Assembly: GCA_034520965.1 (NCBI GenBank)
Contig: JAXHMY010000002.1
Coordinates: 128,001-192,000 of the forward strand
Source: Spirochaetia bacterium
GTDB taxonomy: Bacteria; Spirochaetota; Spirochaetia; DSM-16054; Sediminispirochaetaceae
Direction of reading: 5' to 3'
Length of the DNA: 64,000 nt
Below, in pieces: positions 59,756-64,000 of this stretch. The notes under the pieces were generated by a model. The model saw nothing but the letters and a program-made list of their open reading frames with translations, was not told the origin of the DNA and made no database searches. The translations under genes and the position numbers were made by a program. How positions within the stretch are numbered: position 1 is the first letter of the stretch; each line of letters begins with the position of its first letter.

Positions 59756-60793
59756 TCACTGTAAGGCGTTTTCAAAATTACCACTTTGAAAACGCTTCTG
59801 TGTTAGTACAGGTTTTAACAGAGCCCCGTAATGTGCAGGATCGATGCTCAACACCTTTCTCCATTCTGCTCGAGCCTTTACACGCTGGTCGAGTTTTTCA
59901 TACACCTCACCAAGATAGTAATGAGCATCGGCGGATTCAGGATTCAAGTCCAGTACCTTTTTGTATTGATCTTCCGCTTTACTCAACTCATTCTCTTCAA
60001 TATATATATTTCCCAGCAAGAATCTGCTTTTCTGTTCAATTGTTTTATCATCTGTAGAATGTACTGCGCGCATAAGAAAATCAAGGGCTTTATCGATTTT
60101 TTTCAACTTATAATACGCCTGTCCAATAGTCATATACAGAATCGGATCGGGGTTGGATTCAGCTGCTTTTAAGAAATATTGAACCCCGGTTTCATGCTCA
60201 TTTAATTCACTGTACCCCAGTCCTAAATATCGATTTGTATCCTCGCCTTGATAACCCATCTCTAGGGATTTTTCGAGATGCTTTATTGCAAGATCGATAT
60301 AAAAGCGTCCTTTATGATAATACGTTTTTCCCAGTACATAATGCACTTGACCTTCCATTGAAGGAGAAGAAAGAGTTAATACTTTTCTTAAGTTTATGAT
60401 GGCTTTGTCATATTGGGGAATTTGGTCTTCGAGGGTATATAGGCTGGTTCCGCGATAGAAATAGGCAAAACCGTTTAAGGCTAAATACTGCGGATTAAGC
60501 GGCTCCTCTGCAAGGAGCTGTTCACATTCACGGTTAACTTTTGCAAATTCCTTCTGCTCCCATAAGTCCTGAAGAGAGACTTCCCGGCTCTGTTCGGATG
60601 TATCCGTTAATGATTCATTTTGAGTAGAATCTGCCTGAGTATCCCTTGCGAAAATGTTACCATTGATGAAAAAGAAATATACAATTCCGGCACCTAATAC
60701 ACTCAAGACTAGAATTAGCAGAACTATCCTCCGCATTTTAGAGCGTTTTTCCTGCTTTGCTGAAAATTGGTAACGGCTTTCAGGTAGTTGCAT
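59756..60793 (-). CDS. membrane-anchored TPR protein (true stop possibly 59803)
   Basis: N-terminal TM helix and multiple TPRs (HYVLGKTYY, RFLLGNIY, HYYLGEVY). Confidence 0.8.
   Translation of the reverse strand: MQLPESRYQFSAKQEKRSKMRRIVLLILVLSVLGAGIVYFFFINGNIFARDTQADSTQNESLTDTSEQSREVSLQDLWEQKEFAKVNRECEQLLAEEPLNPQYLALNGFAYFYRGTSLYTLEDQIPQYDKAIINLRKVLTLSSPSMEGQVHYVLGKTYYHKGRFYIDLAIKHLEKSLEMGYQGEDTNRYLGLGYSELNEHETGVQYFLKAAESNPDPILYMTIGQAYYKLKKIDKALDFLMRAVHSTDDKTIEQKSRFLLGNIYIEENELSKAEDQYKKVLDLNPESADAHYYLGEVYEKLDQRVKARAEWRKVLSIDPAHYGALLKPVLTQKRFQSGNFENALQ
59766..59795 (-). terminator. 11-bp inverted repeat between the TPR gene and mreB
   Basis: GCGTTTTCAAA-ATTACCAC-TTTGAAAACGC. Confidence 0.55.
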
Positions 60794-60829
60794 TATGTGG
60801 CAGTCCTTGAGTGAATAAAATTAAAAAAA

Positions 60830-61204
60830 ATGGCAGACCTATAAGCCGGGTTCTGTCGTGGATGACCATCTATCTCGGCAGCATTGTTGCCAATGCGCTC
60901 TAGCAGCCTACCCGCAGTATAGGGCGGACAACCCAACTGCTGCTCGGCCTTGCTTCTGACGAGGTTTACCATGCCCCGACTGTTACCAGCCGAGCGGTGA
61001 GCTCTTACCTCACCTTTTCACCCTTACCGGGGGCATTACGGTTCATCGGAAACCGATTAACCGAATACCACCGGCGGTCTGTTTTCTGTGGCACTAGCTA
61101 TGACACCTTTAGGGTGCCTCCGGGAGTTACCCGGCGCCATGTCCTGCGAAGCCCGGACTTTCCTCTATACCCTGACAGAGTACAGCGGCCATCCAGTCTG
61201 CCAT
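60830..61204 (-). ncRNA. rnpB: RNase P RNA (bacterial type A)
   Basis: Minus strand carries GAGGAAAGTCCGGGC, AGTGCCACAGAAAA, GGTAAACC and ACAGAACCCGGCTTATA; ends TGGCAGAC/GTCTGCCA pair as P1; U-run follows. Confidence 0.97.
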
Positions 61205-61227
61205 TACTATTCTCTATTAAAAAACTA

Positions 61228-62022
61228 TTACTCTTCTGCTCCAAGTTCTTCCGGAGATACTAAATCCGCCAAACTGCCGGATTCCTCTGAACCTACAAAT
61301 TGTTCGGCCACATCCTCGTCTTCATAAAACAATATACGACTGCAATACGGACAAAATCGAATACTATCGCCATTGCGAACATCGTTCACAAACTGCCCAG
61401 GAAGACTCATGTGACATCCGGTACAGACAGAGTTTTTTATAGGAACTATACCTAAACCGGATTTACTACGCACAATTCGCTCGAACTTAAAAACAATCTC
61501 TTCATCAAGATCGGGTACTATCTGCTGCTCTTCCTGTTCCAGATGCTTTAGTTCCCGCCGCTTTTCTTCATTTTCAGATTCAATCTTTTCCTGTTCCGCA
61601 GCAATTTCCTCTTCCTGCAGCTGGATCATTTTTTCATCTTTAGAGAGAGATTCCGACAGCTCTTCTAAAATCTTCTCTTCTCTTAATACATCTTTACGAA
61701 GCTGCTGCTCTTTCTCAGTAGCATCTCTAATCTCTTTATCCAAGGCTTCGTACTCGCGCTGAGTTGTAATCAGATCCATCTGCTTTTCGTACTCTTCACG
61801 TTGTCGTTCAGCGTCATCCAAACGGATTCTAAGATGTTTTATATGGTCTTTAGTATTTTCAACCTTGGTATTTTTTTCTAGATAGCTTTTCTTAAGTCGA
61901 TTTAGTAATTCTAGCTTTGTATTGACAAGCTTGGGGTTTTCCTCGATTTGCCGTTCAATTTCGAACTTCTTTGAGAGTATATCCTGAAGACTTCTCAATT
62001 TTTCAAATACTTCCTGCATCAT
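61228..62022 (-). CDS. coiled-coil C4-type zinc ribbon protein
   Basis: Long coiled coil with TQREYEALDKEI; CTGCHM and CPYCSRIL. Confidence 0.88.
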   Translation of the reverse strand: MMQEVFEKLRSLQDILSKKFEIERQIEENPKLVNTKLELLNRLKKSYLEKNTKVENTKDHIKHLRIRLDDAERQREEYEKQMDLITTQREYEALDKEIRDATEKEQQLRKDVLREEKILEELSESLSKDEKMIQLQEEEIAAEQEKIESENEEKRRELKHLEQEEQQIVPDLDEEIVFKFERIVRSKSGLGIVPIKNSVCTGCHMSLPGQFVNDVRNGDSIRFCPYCSRILFYEDEDVAEQFVGSEESGSLADLVSPEELGAEE

Positions 62023-62038
62023 ATGAACATATCCTCCA

Positions 62039-63835
62039 TTAGGTATCAATATAGTCTTTCAAACGTCTGCTCCGCTTAGGATGCCGCAGTCTTCGCAATG
62101 CCTTGGCCTCAATCTGACGGATTCTTTCACGGGTTACATTAAAATAGAGCCCGACTTCTTCAAGAGTAAGGGAATATCCATCCTCGAGACCGAAGCGCAT
62201 TTTCAACACCTCCTGCTCTCGTGGTGGAAGTGTTTCCAGTACATCTTGAAGCTGTTCCTGGAGAATAGTAAATGCAGTTTGGCTGGCCGGATTCTCTACA
62301 TCTTTATCTTCAATAAAATCACCAAGTAGGGAATCTTCTTCCTCACCGATAGGCGTTTCTAAAGAGATCGGTTCACGGGCAACATTCTTCACTGATTTTA
62401 CCCGCAGTACAGACCACCCGAGCCGTTCCGCAACCTCTTCATCGGTTGGCTCACGACCTAACACCTGCATCAGCTGGCGGGATTCTCTCACCACCTTGTT
62501 TATCTGTTCGATCATATGCACGGGCACTCGGATTGTTCGCGCCTGGTCGGATATAGACCTGGTAATTGCCTGACGAATCCACCAGGTTGCATAGGTTGAA
62601 AATTTATAGCCCTTTCGGTATTCGAACTTTTCAACCGCTTTGATCAAGCCAATGTTTCCTTCCTGAACAAGGTCAAAGAAATGCAAACCCCGGTTTGTAT
62701 ACTTCTTCGCTATACTAACTACCAGTCGCAAGTTGGCCTGGATAAGTTTATCCTTAGCTGTCTTCATGAGAAACTTGCCACGGGCAATTTCTTTAGACTC
62801 TTCAAGAATGGAATCTATATCACTTTCGAATTCAAGCTCGATATTCCGTAACTGTTTCTCATCAGTTTGAATTTTGCGTATTTTTTCTTTAATCACATCC
62901 GCCGAAAGCTGCAGCCGTTCTTCAATTTCCCGTCGATTTTCGGCAATTGCCAGTCCGCGCCCCATACTTCGCAGCTCTTTGGAACTACGTATCCCAAGCC
63001 GATGCTCGATACGCTTTTGATCACGCTGATATTTATGAATCCGTTTTTCAGTATCCAAAAATTTATCGGAAAAGGAGGAAATCTCTTCCTGCTGAAGGTC
63101 GATATTTTCCATGTCCTTCAGCAATTCATCGCGAAAGTCTTTTAATTCATCATTCGCGAGTACATCCTTACCGCCGGCAATCAGCTTTTTCTTCAAATCC
63201 ATATACTGTTTGAGTTTGCTGTTAATGCCGCGCAGATCTTCCCGATAGCTCTGATTGAGCCTACGCCGCTCAGTAAGTATTTCGGAAATTTCCTTCTTAC
63301 TCAGCTCCATTTCACGCGGATCCACCCGTGAAAAAGTCTTCTGCATAATTTGGTACATCTGCGGCAGCAGCATTCCCGATTTATGTATGACGCTTTTTAT
63401 AATATTCTCGCCATCTTCCATCTGTTTAGAAAGCTCGACTTCTTGCTCAGCAGTAAGCAGATTCTCTTTACCGATCTCACGCAGATAAAGGCGAATAGGA
63501 TCATCAACCGAAGAGGAGTCTTTGTCGCTGTACACCACTTTCTTCTTAGATATAGAAGGTTTTTTCTCTTCCTCTATAGTGGACTCCTCTTCTTCGCCAT
63601 ACTCTTCCTCTAGTACCTCAACATCCTCTTCTTCGTTCTCAGAGAGTGATATTTCGGTTTCGTCCTCAAGAGTTACGTTGTTTTTCTCCAATAGAGTTAA
63701 CACCTCTTCAATTTTCTCTGAGTTTACAATTGAGTCAGGTAAAAAATCATTTACTTCATCGTAACTGATTTTTTTCTTTGTCTTAGCATATTCTAACAGT
63801 TTGACAACAGAGGGATCTGTTTCAAGTTCTGTCAT
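62039..63835 (-). CDS. rpoD: primary RNA polymerase sigma factor
   Basis: [53 protein letters not shown]. Confidence 0.99.
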   Translation of the reverse strand: MTELETDPSVVKLLEYAKTKKKISYDEVNDFLPDSIVNSEKIEEVLTLLEKNNVTLEDETEISLSENEEEDVEVLEEEYGEEEESTIEEEKKPSISKKKVVYSDKDSSSVDDPIRLYLREIGKENLLTAEQEVELSKQMEDGENIIKSVIHKSGMLLPQMYQIMQKTFSRVDPREMELSKKEISEILTERRRLNQSYREDLRGINSKLKQYMDLKKKLIAGGKDVLANDELKDFRDELLKDMENIDLQQEEISSFSDKFLDTEKRIHKYQRDQKRIEHRLGIRSSKELRSMGRGLAIAENRREIEERLQLSADVIKEKIRKIQTDEKQLRNIELEFESDIDSILEESKEIARGKFLMKTAKDKLIQANLRLVVSIAKKYTNRGLHFFDLVQEGNIGLIKAVEKFEYRKGYKFSTYATWWIRQAITRSISDQARTIRVPVHMIEQINKVVRESRQLMQVLGREPTDEEVAERLGWSVLRVKSVKNVAREPISLETPIGEEEDSLLGDFIEDKDVENPASQTAFTILQEQLQDVLETLPPREQEVLKMRFGLEDGYSLTLEEVGLYFNVTRERIRQIEAKALRRLRHPKRSRRLKDYIDT

Positions 63836-64000
63836 TGCGCATCACCCTTAATTCGTATTAATTCTTCGTCGAGAAACATCTTCTCCGACAGAAGTTCTTT
63901 CAGCTCTCCAAAACCAGAGCCTTTCTTCTCAACTTTTTTTATCTTTTCAAGCAGAGCCTGCCGTTTTGTACGCAGACTTCTTACTTTAATATTTCTAATG
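63832..64000 (-). CDS. dnaG: C-terminal end of probable DNA primase (partial)
   Basis: Open frame ending [23 protein letters not shown] with ATGA overlap on rpoD; identity inferred from dnaG-rpoD synteny. Confidence 0.7.
   Translation of the reverse strand, partial: IRNIKVRSLRTKRQALLEKIKKVEKKGSGFGELKELLSEKMFLDEELIRIKGDAQ

Noticed and set aside
60997..61327. ORFs 60997-61263 and 61088-61327 on the + strand
   Set aside because: Antisense to RNase P RNA; no protein features
2337..63764. Numerous 60-175 aa ORFs overlapping or antisense to the main genes
   Set aside because: Shadow frames of well-supported genes, with no recognisable motifs

Overview
Core-genome window of a spirochaete (Spirochaetales-like gene order and protein signatures). 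On the + strand: tamB-bamA-skp-mutS-comF; rimP-nusA-infB-rbfA-truB-ribF-like-rpsO-pnp-dut-lptF-lptG-tgt-murJ-HEAT protein; rpe plus a TPR cluster, dtd and recA; and scpA-scpB-rluB-cmk-rpsA running straight into a signalling block (GAF/sigma-54 activator, TPR protein, CHASE2 adenylate cyclase, lipoprotein). On the - strand: tmk; a TPR protein, a giant GreA and a vWA protein; and the dnaG end-rpoD-Zn-ribbon-rnpB-TPR-mreBCD-mrdA-rodA-radical SAM block. I found no tRNA, rRNA, CRISPR array, transposase or prophage. The most unusual element is a 143-bp non-coding cassette (49983-50125). It has CAG...CTG ends, flanking 9-bp direct repeats (8/9 identical) and three nested palindromes, and its two terminal palindromes are related copies carrying symmetry-preserving substitutions. 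It looks like a MITE with self-palindromic ends. About seven apparent single-base frameshifts, including one in mreB, mostly lie near gene ends and are probably assembly errors.
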